Part shown: positions 38,795 to 49,592 of the stretch, in pieces
Position numbering within the stretch: position 1 is the stretch's first letter
Layout of the letters: each line of letters starts with the position of its first letter
Translations under genes and position numbers: made by a program
Notes under the pieces: generated by a model
What the model saw: the letters and a program-made list of their open reading frames with translations, nothing else
Database searches by the model: none
Told to the model about the DNA's origin: nothing
DNA from: a bacterium
GTDB taxonomy: Bacteria > Zhuqueibacterota > Zhuqueibacteria > Oceanimicrobiales > Oceanimicrobiaceae
Assembly (NCBI GenBank): GCA_046757525.1
Contig: JBHHYI010000002.1
Span: 9,326 to 73,325, forward strand
Direction of reading: 5' to 3'
DNA length: 64,000 bases

Positions 38795-38810
38795 TGTTTC
38801 AGTACTTCTT

Positions 38811-40928
38811 TTATTTCAGTACTTCTTTGACATCGCCGCGCGCAAATATGCTGGCAACATAGTTCAACACATCTGTGGCACAAATGTCGCAATAACCATA
38901 ATACTTGATCATGCGCGACTTGACCACGTCGATCTTTTCTTGCGTTTCCTTGTCAACCACACTGGAAATCAGTGTGGTCAGCTTAATGGAATCCTTTTGG
39001 TCTTCGAACAGTTTGAGCTCCAGCGCCTTCTGCAAGCGTTCGTTGGACCGATAGTCGAAAGACCTGCCTTCCAAGGCCAGGGCACCGATGTAATTCATGA
39101 TCTCTCGGCGGAAATCGTCTTTTCGGCTTTCCGGGATGTCGATTTTTTCTTCGATGGAACGCATGAGTCTCTCGTCCGGTTCTTCGTCTGCACCGGTGTA
39201 CTTGTTTCTGACTTTCTCCTTTTGGGTGTAAGCCTTAACGTGATCGATGTAGTTGCCGCAAAGCCGCTTCAGCGCTTCCTCATCTGCGGCGATCGCTCTC
39301 TGAACCTCGGACTTGACGATATCCTCAAATTCCTCTTTAACAACAGAAAGCAATTCCCTGAATCTCTTTCTCTGTTCCTCGCTCGTTATCAAAGAATGAT
39401 GATAGAGGCCCTCTTCCAACTCATTCAAAACCATGAACGGATTGACACAGGCCCCACCTTCATCGCTTACCAGAGCATTGGATATCTTGTCCTGAATATA
39501 TCTCGGAGAAATACCCTCCATGCCTTCACGCGCAGCCTCAAACCGCAGCTCCTTGATGTTATCTTCGGTAAATCCGGGGAGAGTTTTGCCGTCATAAAGC
39601 TTGAGTTTTTGCAACAAAGTAAGCTGAGCTTTCTTGGGTCCTTCCAATCGGGTCAAAACAGCCCAAATTGAGGCCATTTCGATGGTATGAGGTGCAATGT
39701 GCTTACCCTTGATGCGATCCATGTTATAATCCTTTTCGTAAATCTTCACCTCATCAGAAATCTTGGTAATATACGGTATGTCAATTTTCACCGTTCGATC
39801 CCGCAAAGCTTCCATGAATTCATTGGATTGCAGCTTCCTATATTCCGGCTCATTGGTATGCCCAATGATAACCTCGTCGATATCTGTTTGCGCAAATTTT
39901 TTCGGTTTTATCTTGTGCTCTTGAGAAGCACCCAACAAATCATAAAGGAAGGCCACGTCCAATTTTAACACCTCGATGAATTCCACCAGGCCCCGATTGG
40001 CTATGTTCAATTCGCCATCAAAATTAAACGCACGCGGATCAGAGTCCGAACCATATTCGGCTATCTTTCTGTAGTTGATGTCGCCAGTCAGTTCCGTAGA
40101 ATCCTGGTTCTTCTCGTCCTTTGGTTGGAACGTTCCAATTCCAATTCGGTCTTTCTCAGATAAGATCAATCTGCGCACCTGAACATCGGCTATAATTTTA
40201 GACCAATCGCCCTGGTACTGGTGACTTTTTTCCTGGAACGTTTGACGGCAAAAGGGACACAATTCACCTTCTATGGTAATCTGGGTCTCGTCCGGATTCC
40301 CCCGGTTAAGCTCATGCATCGCCTTCGTGCGAAATTCCTCAGGAATCAAATGCAGGGGTTCTTCGTGCATGGGACAATCGGAGTATTGGATACCATCCGG
40401 TGTTTCTAACTTCCAGGAATAGGTGTACAGCGCGCCTTCCTGCGTTTTCGAATACGCTTCAATGCCCTTTTTCAGCAATCGCACGATGGTACTCTTGGCG
40501 CTGCCTACCGGGCCATGCAAAAGAAACACGCGCTTTTCGGTACCATAACCCTTTGCCGCCGACTTGATCAAATTGACAATTTTCATGATGGGCCGTTCTA
40601 AACCAAACACTGCGTCGCGGCCGTTGTCAATGGGATCGTCGAAGAAGTTGTATTTAATCAGCTTTTCCTTGTATTCCTGATATTCTTCAGTGCCATAGGA
40701 AAGAATCATGTCGTAGAGCCGTTGGAAAGCGGTGCGAGCCACTTTAGGATTCTTGCGAACGATTTCCAGATATTGCGGAAACGTGCCAACCCAATTCAAC
40801 TCCTTGTATTTGTCAACGTCCTGCAGGCCCTGAATTAAAGAAATAATGCTCGATTCATTCGATGACTTGTCTGCTTTTTTTATGTTGTCCGTGGTGTCCA
40901 TAACGATAAACCTCCAATAGAGTAGCAA
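38811..40928 (-). CDS. prkA: PrkA/YeaG-family serine protein kinase.
   Basis: 705 aa. It has an N-terminal PrkA AAA domain with a Walker A motif ([12 protein letters not shown]) and a C-terminal PrkA kinase-like domain. Confidence 0.9.
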   Translation of the reverse strand: MLLYWRFIVMDTTDNIKKADKSSNESSIISLIQGLQDVDKYKELNWVGTFPQYLEIVRKNPKVARTAFQRLYDMILSYGTEEYQEYKEKLIKYNFFDDPIDNGRDAVFGLERPIMKIVNLIKSAAKGYGTEKRVFLLHGPVGSAKSTIVRLLKKGIEAYSKTQEGALYTYSWKLETPDGIQYSDCPMHEEPLHLIPEEFRTKAMHELNRGNPDETQITIEGELCPFCRQTFQEKSHQYQGDWSKIIADVQVRRLILSEKDRIGIGTFQPKDEKNQDSTELTGDINYRKIAEYGSDSDPRAFNFDGELNIANRGLVEFIEVLKLDVAFLYDLLGASQEHKIKPKKFAQTDIDEVIIGHTNEPEYRKLQSNEFMEALRDRTVKIDIPYITKISDEVKIYEKDYNMDRIKGKHIAPHTIEMASIWAVLTRLEGPKKAQLTLLQKLKLYDGKTLPGFTEDNIKELRFEAAREGMEGISPRYIQDKISNALVSDEGGACVNPFMVLNELEEGLYHHSLITSEEQRKRFRELLSVVKEEFEDIVKSEVQRAIAADEEALKRLCGNYIDHVKAYTQKEKVRNKYTGADEEPDERLMRSIEEKIDIPESRKDDFRREIMNYIGALALEGRSFDYRSNERLQKALELKLFEDQKDSIKLTTLISSVVDKETQEKIDVVKSRMIKYYGYCDICATDVLNYVASIFARGDVKEVLK

Positions 40929-41387
40929 AGGAAATTAGCAGCTTTACAAACCAATCAACTGCACTTAAGTGAATATACAAACACTATGCCAGACTTATTT
41001 CCTATTGCCTTGCATCTGAATTTGGGTCAATGGACCAATTATTGTGAATAAAAACTCTTCTTGCGAATACGATGTTACACATTGAGACAATCTGCTCAAT
41101 ACAAAAAAAGTCGAAAATAATCCATTTCGACTGTAGTTGATTCAAAGAACAAAAATTGTGTTTGTCTAAATAATCTTAATTAACCCAAATGTTCTGGCAT
41201 GACACTTTCTTAATTTTAAATATAACTTGCTTAAAAGTCAAGCACATTTTGGTTAACGGGTCAAAATTTCTCATCCCCATATATTTGATTATCGAACGCT
41301 GCTCCCATTTTTATTAATCACTAACTGTAATAATTTACTAATTATTTCAGATCTGGTTCCTCGGGCCATCCCCCTTTTAGTTTTCTG

Positions 41388-41416
41388 TTGACAATATGGT
41401 TGAGTTTTTGTAAACT
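41388..41416 (+). promoter_or_regulatory. Candidate sigma-70 promoter for comM.
   Basis: It reads TTGACA-17 nt-TAAACT in the AT-rich divergent region between prkA and comM. Confidence 0.3.
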
Positions 41417-41491
41417 TAAATGTCTTCAAATCAACCATCCGTGATCGTCATCAATGCTGAAAATTTCCACAAACGTACGAAGCATAAGGAT

Positions 41492-43033
41492 ATGTTTGCA
41501 AAAGTCTTAAGTGCTGCCGTTTTGGGAATCGATGCCTACATCGTTGAAGTGGAAGCTCATCTCGAAGGGCAGTTACCGACTTTTGCCACGGTAGGCTTGC
41601 CGGAAGGCGCGGTCCGGGAATCCAAGGAAAGAGTCAACGCGGCCATCAAAAACTCTGGTTTCAAATTTCCCCAAAAAAGAGTCACCATCAATTTAGCGCC
41701 GGCCGACATAAAAAAAGAGGGTTCGGCTTTTGATCTCCCGATGGCCATTGGGATCCTGGCGGCCATGGGCCAGGTTTCAGAGGACCTGCTCCAGGACTAT
41801 ATCCTCCTGGGCGAACTTTCTCTCGACGGTAGCTTGCGGCCCATCCGCGGAACCCTTCCAATTGCCATGGCGGTCAAAAGCGCTGGAAAATCCGGCATCA
41901 TCGTTCCACGGGAAAATGCCAAGGAAGCGGCTATCTCGGAAAACATTCAGGTCTTTCCAATGTCGCATCTGAATGAAACCGTGGAATTCTTGAATAATTC
42001 CGGGCAGAGGCAGCCGTTTGAAATCAACATCCAGGAAGTCTTCTCCCAAAGTCGGAATTACAATATTGATTTCAGGGATGTCAAGGGTCAAGAACACGTG
42101 AAACGGGCTTTGGAAGTGGCGGCCGCCGGCGGCCACAACATCATCATGATTGGGCCGCCCGGTTCAGGAAAGACCATGTTAGCCAAAAGGTTCCCCACCA
42201 TATTGCCCGATTTAACTCTGGACGAAGCGTTGGAAACGACCAAGATTCACTCGGTGGTTGGACTGTTACCAGCCGACACCGCCCTGATCGCCACGCGACC
42301 TTTTCGCGCGCCGCATCATACCATTAGTGACGCTGGTTTGATTGGCGGCGGTCACATCCCGCGTCCGGGTGAAGTCAGTCTGGCTAACCACGGCGTGTTA
42401 TTTCTGGACGAACTGCCAGAATTCAAAAAGAATGTGCTTGAAGTTCTCAGGCAACCCATCGAGGACGGCAAGGTTACCATTTCCAGAGCCATGCTTTCTC
42501 TCACCTACCCCGCAGAATTCATGCTGGCCGCGGCCATGAATCCCTGTCCGTGCGGCTATTACACCGATCCCAACAATGAATGCACCTGCACGCCGCCACA
42601 AATTCAGAAATATCTCTCCAAAGTGTCCGGGCCACTGTTGGATCGCATTGACATCCACATCGAAGTTCCGGCCGTCCGGTTCAAAGAGCTTGCCAGCGAA
42701 TCCACCGGTGAAACCTCTGAATGCATTCGCCGCCGCGTGGACAAAGCCAGAAGCATTCAATGCAACCGCTTCAAGGATTATAAGCACTTGTTTTCCAATG
42801 CCCGCATGGAAGCTAAAGAGATTCGCAGATTCTGCCAAATCGATTCAAAAGGTCGGGAATTGCTCAACATGGCCATCACCAAATTAGGCCTCTCAGCCCG
42901 GGCTTACGATAGAATTCTGAAGGTGTCACGGACCATAGCCGACCTGGAAGGTTCTGAAAAAATAGAACCAGCCTTCATTAGCGAAGCGATTCAGTACCGA
43001 AGCTTAGATAGGAATTTAGGGGCGGGTTATTAG
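41492..43033 (+). CDS. comM: YifB/ComM-family Mg-chelatase-like AAA+ ATPase.
   Basis: It starts [23 protein letters not shown] (the family N-terminus). It carries a Walker A motif (GPPGSGKTM), a zinc-finger-like [15 protein letters not shown] and a C-terminal Mg-chelatase domain. ATG 41492 is preferred over the ORF-track start at 41420. Confidence 0.85.
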   Translation: MFAKVLSAAVLGIDAYIVEVEAHLEGQLPTFATVGLPEGAVRESKERVNAAIKNSGFKFPQKRVTINLAPADIKKEGSAFDLPMAIGILAAMGQVSEDLLQDYILLGELSLDGSLRPIRGTLPIAMAVKSAGKSGIIVPRENAKEAAISENIQVFPMSHLNETVEFLNNSGQRQPFEINIQEVFSQSRNYNIDFRDVKGQEHVKRALEVAAAGGHNIIMIGPPGSGKTMLAKRFPTILPDLTLDEALETTKIHSVVGLLPADTALIATRPFRAPHHTISDAGLIGGGHIPRPGEVSLANHGVLFLDELPEFKKNVLEVLRQPIEDGKVTISRAMLSLTYPAEFMLAAAMNPCPCGYYTDPNNECTCTPPQIQKYLSKVSGPLLDRIDIHIEVPAVRFKELASESTGETSECIRRRVDKARSIQCNRFKDYKHLFSNARMEAKEIRRFCQIDSKGRELLNMAITKLGLSARAYDRILKVSRTIADLEGSEKIEPAFISEAIQYRSLDRNLGAGY

Positions 43034-43506
43034 AGACGGCGCCGTTCAAGTTCTGCAAAAAACGGCTTTCCGGCTACTTTCTCCATAAACAAAAAATCCC
43101 TGCTCTTCAATGCAGCGATATCGAAAGAACTTCTTTCGACACGGTGGGCACCGCCTGTACGTTTTTTGCGTCCACTAACTTCAAAAAGTTGAAGTTGAGG
43201 CATGCAATACACGCCCAGAGCAAAGCTCCCATTTTAAAGGTATTAGCTCTTTGATTAAAAGGCCACACCGAAGTATGCAGGGATTTTCTCTGATGATATT
43301 TTAGTAAAATTCCCTCTAAATGTCAAGCACTAATTGCGGCCATCCGTTATTTTTTTGATTCCTCTGTCCACAAGTCATTGATTGCACAGAAATTACCTAC
43401 TTTTGACAAAATATCCCACGCAACTATCCGACTGAAAAAAGAGTTGCTTTTATTTTTGTAATTCTTTAAGTTAATTTAAGGTCAACAACTATTATAAAAC
43501 AACATT

Positions 43507-44715
43507 ATGGCAACAAACAGCTCGATGGACGCCCCGTTAAAAGCAGTCTCAACGGCCATTCTCTTGTTCCTCTTGTGTGCGATGAAGCCTTACTCCTACG
43601 CCGAGAAAAACCGTCGACCACGCGCACGGGACATCGGCATAGAGGTCGGCATTCTGAAGCCCGGCAAGTGGAACACAATAACCGACGTTGCCGGCGTCAA
43701 AGTCGGCCAGGTGACTTTGGTGAAAGGGGACGCCGTCCGCACCGGTGTTACGGCAATAATACCGCGCCAGGGCAACTTGTTCCGAAACAAGGTGCCAGCC
43801 GCTATTTTTGTGGGAAACGGTTTCGGCAAGTTGGCTGGCTTCACACAAGTCAACGAATTAGGTAACATAGAAACGCCGATTTTGTTGACCAATACCCTGA
43901 ATGTGCCAAAAGTCGCCGATGCCGTCATCGACTATATGCTCAAGATCCAAGGCAATGAGAATGTCCGCTCGGTCAACCCGGTCGTGGGGGAAACCAACGA
44001 CGGCTGGTTAAACGATATCCGAGGGAGACATGTGTCCAGAGAAGACGTGTTCGAGGCCATCGAGAACGCCAAATCGGGAGCCGTAGAAGAAGGCTCTGTG
44101 GGCGCCGGAACCGGTACCATGTGTTTGGGCTTCAAGGGCGGAATTGGCACTTCTTCGAGAGTCCTGCCGGGCGAATTCGGCGGATTCACCATCGGTGTGC
44201 TGGTACAAACCAATTTTGGCGGCATTTTGGAGATCAACGGAGCGCCGGTCGGTCGCGAACTCGGCAACTACTATCTGGCCAGGAAGATGGACTCCAGACC
44301 AGGCGACGGCTCCTGCATGATCGTGGTCGCGACTGACGCCCCGCTCGGTTCGAGAAATCTAAAACGTTTGGCAAAACGAAGCTATCTTGGACTGGCCAGG
44401 ACCGGCTTCTTTTCTGCCAACGGCAGCGGTGATTATGTGATTGCGTTTTCAACCAATCAAATCGAACAGCAAGAGAATGCTCAAACGAAACAAGTGGAAT
44501 TGCTCCGCAATGAGCACCTATCGCCGCTGTTCCTGGCCGTTGTCGAAGCCACTCAGGAGGCCGTCTACAATTCGCTCCTGCGCGCCACAACCGTTCGCGG
44601 CAGAGAAGGCCATGTGGGTACGGCCATACCCATTGACCGGGTGGTGGAAATCTGCAAGAAGTACAATGTGCTGAATTGGCATGCGTCCTTGCCACCTTAC
44701 GGAACAACGAACTGA
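43507..44715 (+). CDS. DmpA/S58 (P1) family aminopeptidase/amidase.
   Basis: 402 aa with a signal peptide. Supporting motifs are GVKVGQVTL...RTGVTAI and GSVGAGTGTMCLGFKGGIGTSSR, the autoprocessing region typical of DmpA/ArgJ-fold peptidases. Confidence 0.75.
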   Translation: MATNSSMDAPLKAVSTAILLFLLCAMKPYSYAEKNRRPRARDIGIEVGILKPGKWNTITDVAGVKVGQVTLVKGDAVRTGVTAIIPRQGNLFRNKVPAAIFVGNGFGKLAGFTQVNELGNIETPILLTNTLNVPKVADAVIDYMLKIQGNENVRSVNPVVGETNDGWLNDIRGRHVSREDVFEAIENAKSGAVEEGSVGAGTGTMCLGFKGGIGTSSRVLPGEFGGFTIGVLVQTNFGGILEINGAPVGRELGNYYLARKMDSRPGDGSCMIVVATDAPLGSRNLKRLAKRSYLGLARTGFFSANGSGDYVIAFSTNQIEQQENAQTKQVELLRNEHLSPLFLAVVEATQEAVYNSLLRATTVRGREGHVGTAIPIDRVVEICKKYNVLNWHASLPPYGTTN

Positions 44716-44717
44716 TC

Positions 44718-44942
44718 ATGACGAACTTTGACGGCATTGGCAAATTCTTGATCTATGCAGGATTGTTCCTTTTATTCCTGGGCGTCCTGTTAACTTTTGC
44801 CCGGCACATCCCTTTTTTAGGCAAACTGCCGGGAGACATTCTGATTCAGAAAAAGAACTTCACCTTGTATTTTCCCATAACGACCTCTATTTTGATTAGC
44901 ATCGTGCTGTCAATTTTGTTGTTTTTGTTGAGCAAGAAATAA
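44718..44942 (+). CDS. DUF2905-family small membrane protein.
   Basis: It starts MTNFDGIGKFLIYAGLFLLFLGVLLTF and carries LGKLPGDI, matching the DUF2905 consensus. Its start is 3 nt after the DmpA stop. Confidence 0.6.
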   Translation: MTNFDGIGKFLIYAGLFLLFLGVLLTFARHIPFLGKLPGDILIQKKNFTLYFPITTSILISIVLSILLFLLSKK

Positions 44943-44948
44943 GACGCT

Positions 44949-46301
44949 TTGGAAATGCTTGCAATAACTAACAGACACATCGGCTGGACCTGGGTTTCGC
45001 TTCTCATGGGGGTGACGGCAATCTCATGCGTTTCTACCAATGAGGCCCGGGCACAAAATACACTGGAAGGGACAGTGTATGTTCTGACCGTGGATGGGGT
45101 GATAAACCCGGTTTCTGCCGAGTTCATTACCAAATCGATTGACAAAGCCACAGATACCGGTGCCATTTGTGTCATCATAAAACTGGACACACCAGGCGGA
45201 CTCATGGAATCCACGCGTCAAATTACCAAGAAAATCCTGGCTTCAAGAATCCCTGTCGTCATTTACGTTGCGCCATCTGGTGCCAGGGCGGCCTCTGCTG
45301 GAGTCTTTATTTCCTATTCAGCCAACCTGGTCGCAATGGCGCCGAGCACAAACATTGGAGCGGCGCACCCGGTAAGCATTACCGGCGGCGCAGACACTTC
45401 CTCGGTAATGAACGACAAAGTGACCAATGATGCCGTGGCCCAGATCAAAGCGTTGGCTGAGAAACGCGGCCGCAATATCGAGTGGGCGGAGAAGGCGGTG
45501 CGAGAAAGTGTTTCCATTACCGAATCGGAGGCGCTCGACCAGCATGTGATCAACTTCATCTCGCCTTCTGTGGACAGCCTGCTCAAACAAATGGATGGTC
45601 TGGAAGTGCAAGTTGCCAGCGGTAAATACGTTCTGCATACCCGCAACGCTCGCAAAGAATTCCACGAAATGAACTTCCGGTACAGAATCCTCGACAAGAT
45701 CTCGAGTCCGAATGTTGCTTACATTCTGATGATGCTCGGCATTTGGGGGCTGTTCTTCGAGCTGTCCAATCCGGGCGCCATATTTCCGGGTGTGGTTGGC
45801 GCCATCTTTCTCATCTTGGGCTTTTACGCGCTGCAAACCCTTCCGGTCAATTATGCAGGCCTGCTTTTGGTCGTGCTCGCCTTAGTTCTGTTTATCCTGG
45901 AGGTCAAGATTACCAGCTACGGTCTTTTAACCATTGGAGGAGTCATTTCCATGCTCTTAGGGTCTCTCATGCTCATCGATCGTCCCCCAAAGGAATTTGG
46001 CCCCGCGTTTTCCATTTCCATTAGTCTGATTATTACGTTCGTGGTTCTCACAGCCACGTTTTTTCTCGTTGCTTTGAGCCTGGCGTTCAAAACCTATCGC
46101 ACCAAGGTCACCACAGGCAAAGAGGGAATCATCGGTGAACAAGGGGTTGCGCAGACCAGAATTGCCCCGGAGGGAAACGTGTGCATTCATGGGGAGATCT
46201 GGAAGGCCGTAAGCGACGGCGCCATCAAGAAGGGCGAAAAAGTGCGTGTTGTTGCGGTGAACGGGCTAAAGCTTACTGTGGAGAAAGTTACACGAAGTTA
46301 G
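44949..46301 (+). CDS. NfeD-family membrane-bound ClpP-class serine protease (full length).
   Basis: 450 aa with a signal peptide. It has a ClpP-like domain (VIIKLDTPGGLMEST; AASAGVFISYSANLVAMAPSTNIGAAHPV), multiple TM helices and a C-terminal OB domain ([11 protein letters not shown]). Confidence 0.8.
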   Translation: MEMLAITNRHIGWTWVSLLMGVTAISCVSTNEARAQNTLEGTVYVLTVDGVINPVSAEFITKSIDKATDTGAICVIIKLDTPGGLMESTRQITKKILASRIPVVIYVAPSGARAASAGVFISYSANLVAMAPSTNIGAAHPVSITGGADTSSVMNDKVTNDAVAQIKALAEKRGRNIEWAEKAVRESVSITESEALDQHVINFISPSVDSLLKQMDGLEVQVASGKYVLHTRNARKEFHEMNFRYRILDKISSPNVAYILMMLGIWGLFFELSNPGAIFPGVVGAIFLILGFYALQTLPVNYAGLLLVVLALVLFILEVKITSYGLLTIGGVISMLLGSLMLIDRPPKEFGPAFSISISLIITFVVLTATFFLVALSLAFKTYRTKVTTGKEGIIGEQGVAQTRIAPEGNVCIHGEIWKAVSDGAIKKGEKVRVVAVNGLKLTVEKVTRS

Positions 46302-46404
46302 TTCAGACTTCCATTATTGAGTGAAGGTTCTTAGCTAAGAGCAAGCGTTGTTGCAAACCATTCTTTGCTGAGAAGCGTCACAGACTATTTAAGGAGGGAA
46401 TCCC

Positions 46405-47148
46405 ATGCCATTTATGACAGTTGTAATTGCTTTCGTGGCCATGCTGTTGGCCAGCGCGATAAGAATTCTGCGCGAATACGAACGAGGAGTGGTTTTTCGC
46501 CTGGGGCGTCTGGTTGGGTCTAAGGGACCGGGCCTCATCCTCCTGATTCCACTTGTTGACCGCATGGTAAAAGTGGACCTGCGCACGGTCGCCATGGACA
46601 TCCCACCCCAGGATGTCATCACCAGAGACAACGTTTCCGTCAAAGTCAATGCGGTGTTGTACTTCAGGGTCATGGACCCGTCCAAGGCCATTACCGAAGT
46701 GGAGGACTTCTTATTTGCAACCTCGCAACTGTCCCAGACGACCCTTAGAAGCGTTTTGGGCGGTGCGGAATTGGATGAAATGCTTGCGGAAAGAGAAAAA
46801 ATCAACGCCAGTCTACAGGAAATCATCGACAGTCACAGCGACCCCTGGGGCATCAAGGTCTCCCTGGTGGAAATCAAGCATGTGGACTTACCCCAGGAAA
46901 TGCAACGCGCTATTGCCAGACAGGCAGAAGCCGAACGAGAGCGCCGCGCGAAGATCATTCACGCCGAAGGGGAATTTCAAGCTTCGCAAAAATTGAGAGA
47001 TGCTGCTGTAGTGATTAGCGAATATCCCCAGGCGCTGCAACTGCGTTTCTTGCAGACGCTCACCGAGGTGGCAGCCGAGAACAACTCAACTCTGGTATTT
47101 CCGCTGCCCATCGATCTGTTCCGGCATTTTTTCAAAGCAGACGATTAA
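46405..47148 (+). CDS. SPFH/Band 7 (stomatin/slipin-like) protein paired with NfeD.
   Basis: 247 aa. It carries [16 protein letters not shown] and [20 protein letters not shown], the SPFH signature. Confidence 0.85.
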   Translation: MPFMTVVIAFVAMLLASAIRILREYERGVVFRLGRLVGSKGPGLILLIPLVDRMVKVDLRTVAMDIPPQDVITRDNVSVKVNAVLYFRVMDPSKAITEVEDFLFATSQLSQTTLRSVLGGAELDEMLAEREKINASLQEIIDSHSDPWGIKVSLVEIKHVDLPQEMQRAIARQAEAERERRAKIIHAEGEFQASQKLRDAAVVISEYPQALQLRFLQTLTEVAAENNSTLVFPLPIDLFRHFFKADD

Positions 47149-47187
47149 GCTCGCCTATCCAACAAAAAACGAACTGGGGAAACCTCT

Positions 47188-47799
47188 ATGAGATCACTAT
47201 GGGGTGTTTTTCGTGGAAAATTAATAATCCCATTCTTGTTGTTTTGTGTCGTTACTGGTTGCGCCAGGAGTACCAGGAAAGATGTCCTGGTAACCAGTGA
47301 AGATTGGAGCAGTCATGCCGACTATGCCTTGTCCCTGTCGCAAGCCATCCTCAAGGGAATGCGGCAATTAGAAGAAGACCTGTTGATTTCAGAGTTAGGT
47401 TTCGAAGGTATCGACTTAACCATAAAATCCACGGACCATCTCATACTGCGGGCCAAAGTCACTGACTTCAAGCTGCAAGAACAGCCCCAGGAAAATATCT
47501 TCACCACGTGGAAGATTTATCTAATCTCGAACCACCTCATGGATTATGTCAATGCCGTGTCTTTTGATTCCGCCACCAATAATCATGCAGCCACCACTGG
47601 CGACTCCAAATCAGCAAACGCTGCCTACGACTCCCTGACAATCAACATCTATTCGCCGTCGTCCAGGCTGCACTTAGAAAATGGCCACACCCCTTCCGCC
47701 ATTGAGGTCATCTATTGGCGTGATTTCTCGAAAAAGGACAGACTGGCGACTTTACGGATGCGCAAAAATGCCTATGATCGTTTCGTCATTGATCGATAA
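47188..47799 (+). CDS. Hypothetical lipoprotein.
   Basis: 203 aa. It has a lipobox-like LLFCVVTGCA, and its stop is 4 nt before the next start. Confidence 0.4.
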   Translation: MRSLWGVFRGKLIIPFLLFCVVTGCARSTRKDVLVTSEDWSSHADYALSLSQAILKGMRQLEEDLLISELGFEGIDLTIKSTDHLILRAKVTDFKLQEQPQENIFTTWKIYLISNHLMDYVNAVSFDSATNNHAATTGDSKSANAAYDSLTINIYSPSSRLHLENGHTPSAIEVIYWRDFSKKDRLATLRMRKNAYDRFVIDR

Positions 47800-47802
47800 A
47801 CC

Positions 47803-49038
47803 GTGCAGTTAAGAGATAAGCTCAGGCAGCTTGAAAAACTGCCTTACCCGAAACACACGGACACCCGGGAAACCAGGAGTCAGGATCGCTCAAATATCGG
47901 TGAAGTGGTCGAAGGTGAATTCCGACAGTCACACTTCGGAACCTACTTCGTAAGAGAAAAAACCTTTCCGCTGGAACATTGCCAGGGCACGGTCCAATTG
48001 TCTTCTTTCTTGGACTACCCCTCCGGATTGTTCACTCTACTCGCGAAAAATATGCAGCTTGCCGACATCGACCCCAAACGAGCGCTTTTTATCGACACCG
48101 AAACTACCGGACTTTCTGGCGGCACCGGTACCCTGGCCTTTCTAATAGGCATAGGCTATTTTAGCACGGACGGCTTCCGACTCTTGCAGTTCTTTGTCCA
48201 CGACTTGAACGCTGAAAAAGCTATCTTGCACCGAATCAATGAAATCGTAGCGGCTTGTGACTTGGCTGTCAGCTACAATGGCAAATGTTTCGACTTCCCC
48301 CTGCTCATTGCAAGAAACATCTTGTACCGCCTGTCCACACCTTTGACCAAGGTGCAACATCTCGATCTCCTATTCACGGTCAGAAGGCTGTGGCGGCACA
48401 GGCTGCCCGATTGCACTCTGAATACAGCACAAAAGCATCTCTTAAAAGCACCCCGAATCGGCGACGTGCTGGGATATGCCATTCCAGAGCTCTATTTCAG
48501 ATATTTCAGGACTAAAGACGCACGGCCGCTGCAAGCGGTATTTTACCACAACGAACAGGACATTCTTACCCTCGCAGCCCTTGGAACGAAGGCCTGCCAA
48601 TTGTTCGAATCGCCTCTGGAGGAAAGCCAGAACGGCCAGGACATCTTAGCTTTAGGGAAGGTGTATGAGAACCTCGCTCTGCACGAGCGCTCCATTGAAT
48701 TGTACCGTCAGTATCTGAACACGCCCGGCAGGCTTGACCAGAGGCGGGATTTACTCCTGCGACTGGCTTTAAACCATAAAAAACTGAATCAGTACCAGCA
48801 GGCGCAACATGCTTGGCAGACTTGCATCGATAGCGAACACTTTCATCCCCAGCCCTACATCGAGCTGGCCAAAATCTTTGAACATCAAGAAAAGGATTAC
48901 AAGAAAGCCCTGTCCTACGTAGACAGGGCCTTGAAAGAGATGGCTTCGATCGAAGCGCTAAGGGAGCGCCAAAGCTGGGTAGACTACAAAAATGACTTGA
49001 TTCACCGACGCCGACGACTCAAGCGCCAAACAGATTAA
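47803..49038 (+). CDS. RNase-H-like (YprB/DEDD-like exonuclease fold) protein with C-terminal TPR repeats.
   Basis: 411 aa. It carries ALFIDTETTGL (the exonuclease-fold Asp-Glu motif), YNGKCFDFPLL and C-terminal TPR-like helices. Confidence 0.55.
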   Translation: MQLRDKLRQLEKLPYPKHTDTRETRSQDRSNIGEVVEGEFRQSHFGTYFVREKTFPLEHCQGTVQLSSFLDYPSGLFTLLAKNMQLADIDPKRALFIDTETTGLSGGTGTLAFLIGIGYFSTDGFRLLQFFVHDLNAEKAILHRINEIVAACDLAVSYNGKCFDFPLLIARNILYRLSTPLTKVQHLDLLFTVRRLWRHRLPDCTLNTAQKHLLKAPRIGDVLGYAIPELYFRYFRTKDARPLQAVFYHNEQDILTLAALGTKACQLFESPLEESQNGQDILALGKVYENLALHERSIELYRQYLNTPGRLDQRRDLLLRLALNHKKLNQYQQAQHAWQTCIDSEHFHPQPYIELAKIFEHQEKDYKKALSYVDRALKEMASIEALRERQSWVDYKNDLIHRRRRLKRQTD

Positions 49039-49580
49039 TCCTCGCGTCTAAAAATGTGGTAGCCCAACTTGCTTTGCACAATCTCGCTAATTTCACCGGG
49101 CTTTAACTTGAGTATGACGTTCTCAAATTCGGGCTGGAAATCACCTTTCTTAAAATACCCCAGGTCGCCACCTCTGGACGCAGCCGGACCCACCGAGTAC
49201 TTTTTGGCTAATGTGCCGAAATCAGCACCGGCTTTGAGTTGACGCAAGATATCCTCGGCTTTGGCACGATCCTTCACAATGATTTGCAAGGCTCTATACC
49301 CCTGGCCACTGAGGGCAAACCGGCTGTCGGTGACGGATTTCTTCCAAATCCAACCCTCCAGGCGCACCTTAACCCAGTCCGGGGTATCCTCCAGAACCAC
49401 CATAGAAGTGCCTTTGTGCAGGCTGCCCAATTTGTCCCCGCCGGGTGCAGCTCTTAAGTTTTCAGTGGGCACTTTGACATAGAGAGTCCTGCCGCGAGGG
49501 TACTCAATGAAAGCATAAGCCAAGTACGTACTCAGGATCAAGGCCAAAACCGTCATGGCCAAAACCATTTTTTTCTTCAT
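49035..49580 (-). CDS. Parvulin-type peptidyl-prolyl cis-trans isomerase.
   Basis: 181 aa with a signal peptide. The C-terminal PpiC domain reads LAKKYSVGPAASRGGDLGYFKKGDFQPEFENV...GYHIF. Confidence 0.75.
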   Translation of the reverse strand: MKKKMVLAMTVLALILSTYLAYAFIEYPRGRTLYVKVPTENLRAAPGGDKLGSLHKGTSMVVLEDTPDWVKVRLEGWIWKKSVTDSRFALSGQGYRALQIIVKDRAKAEDILRQLKAGADFGTLAKKYSVGPAASRGGDLGYFKKGDFQPEFENVILKLKPGEISEIVQSKLGYHIFRRED

Positions 49581-49592
49581 TCCTCCATCTCC

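Noticed and set aside
41420-41491. Upstream extension of comM (ORF-track start at 41420)
   Set aside because: A sigma-70-like promoter sits at 41388-41416, so the TSS would fall at or after 41420. The family N-terminus begins at [12 protein letters not shown] (41492).
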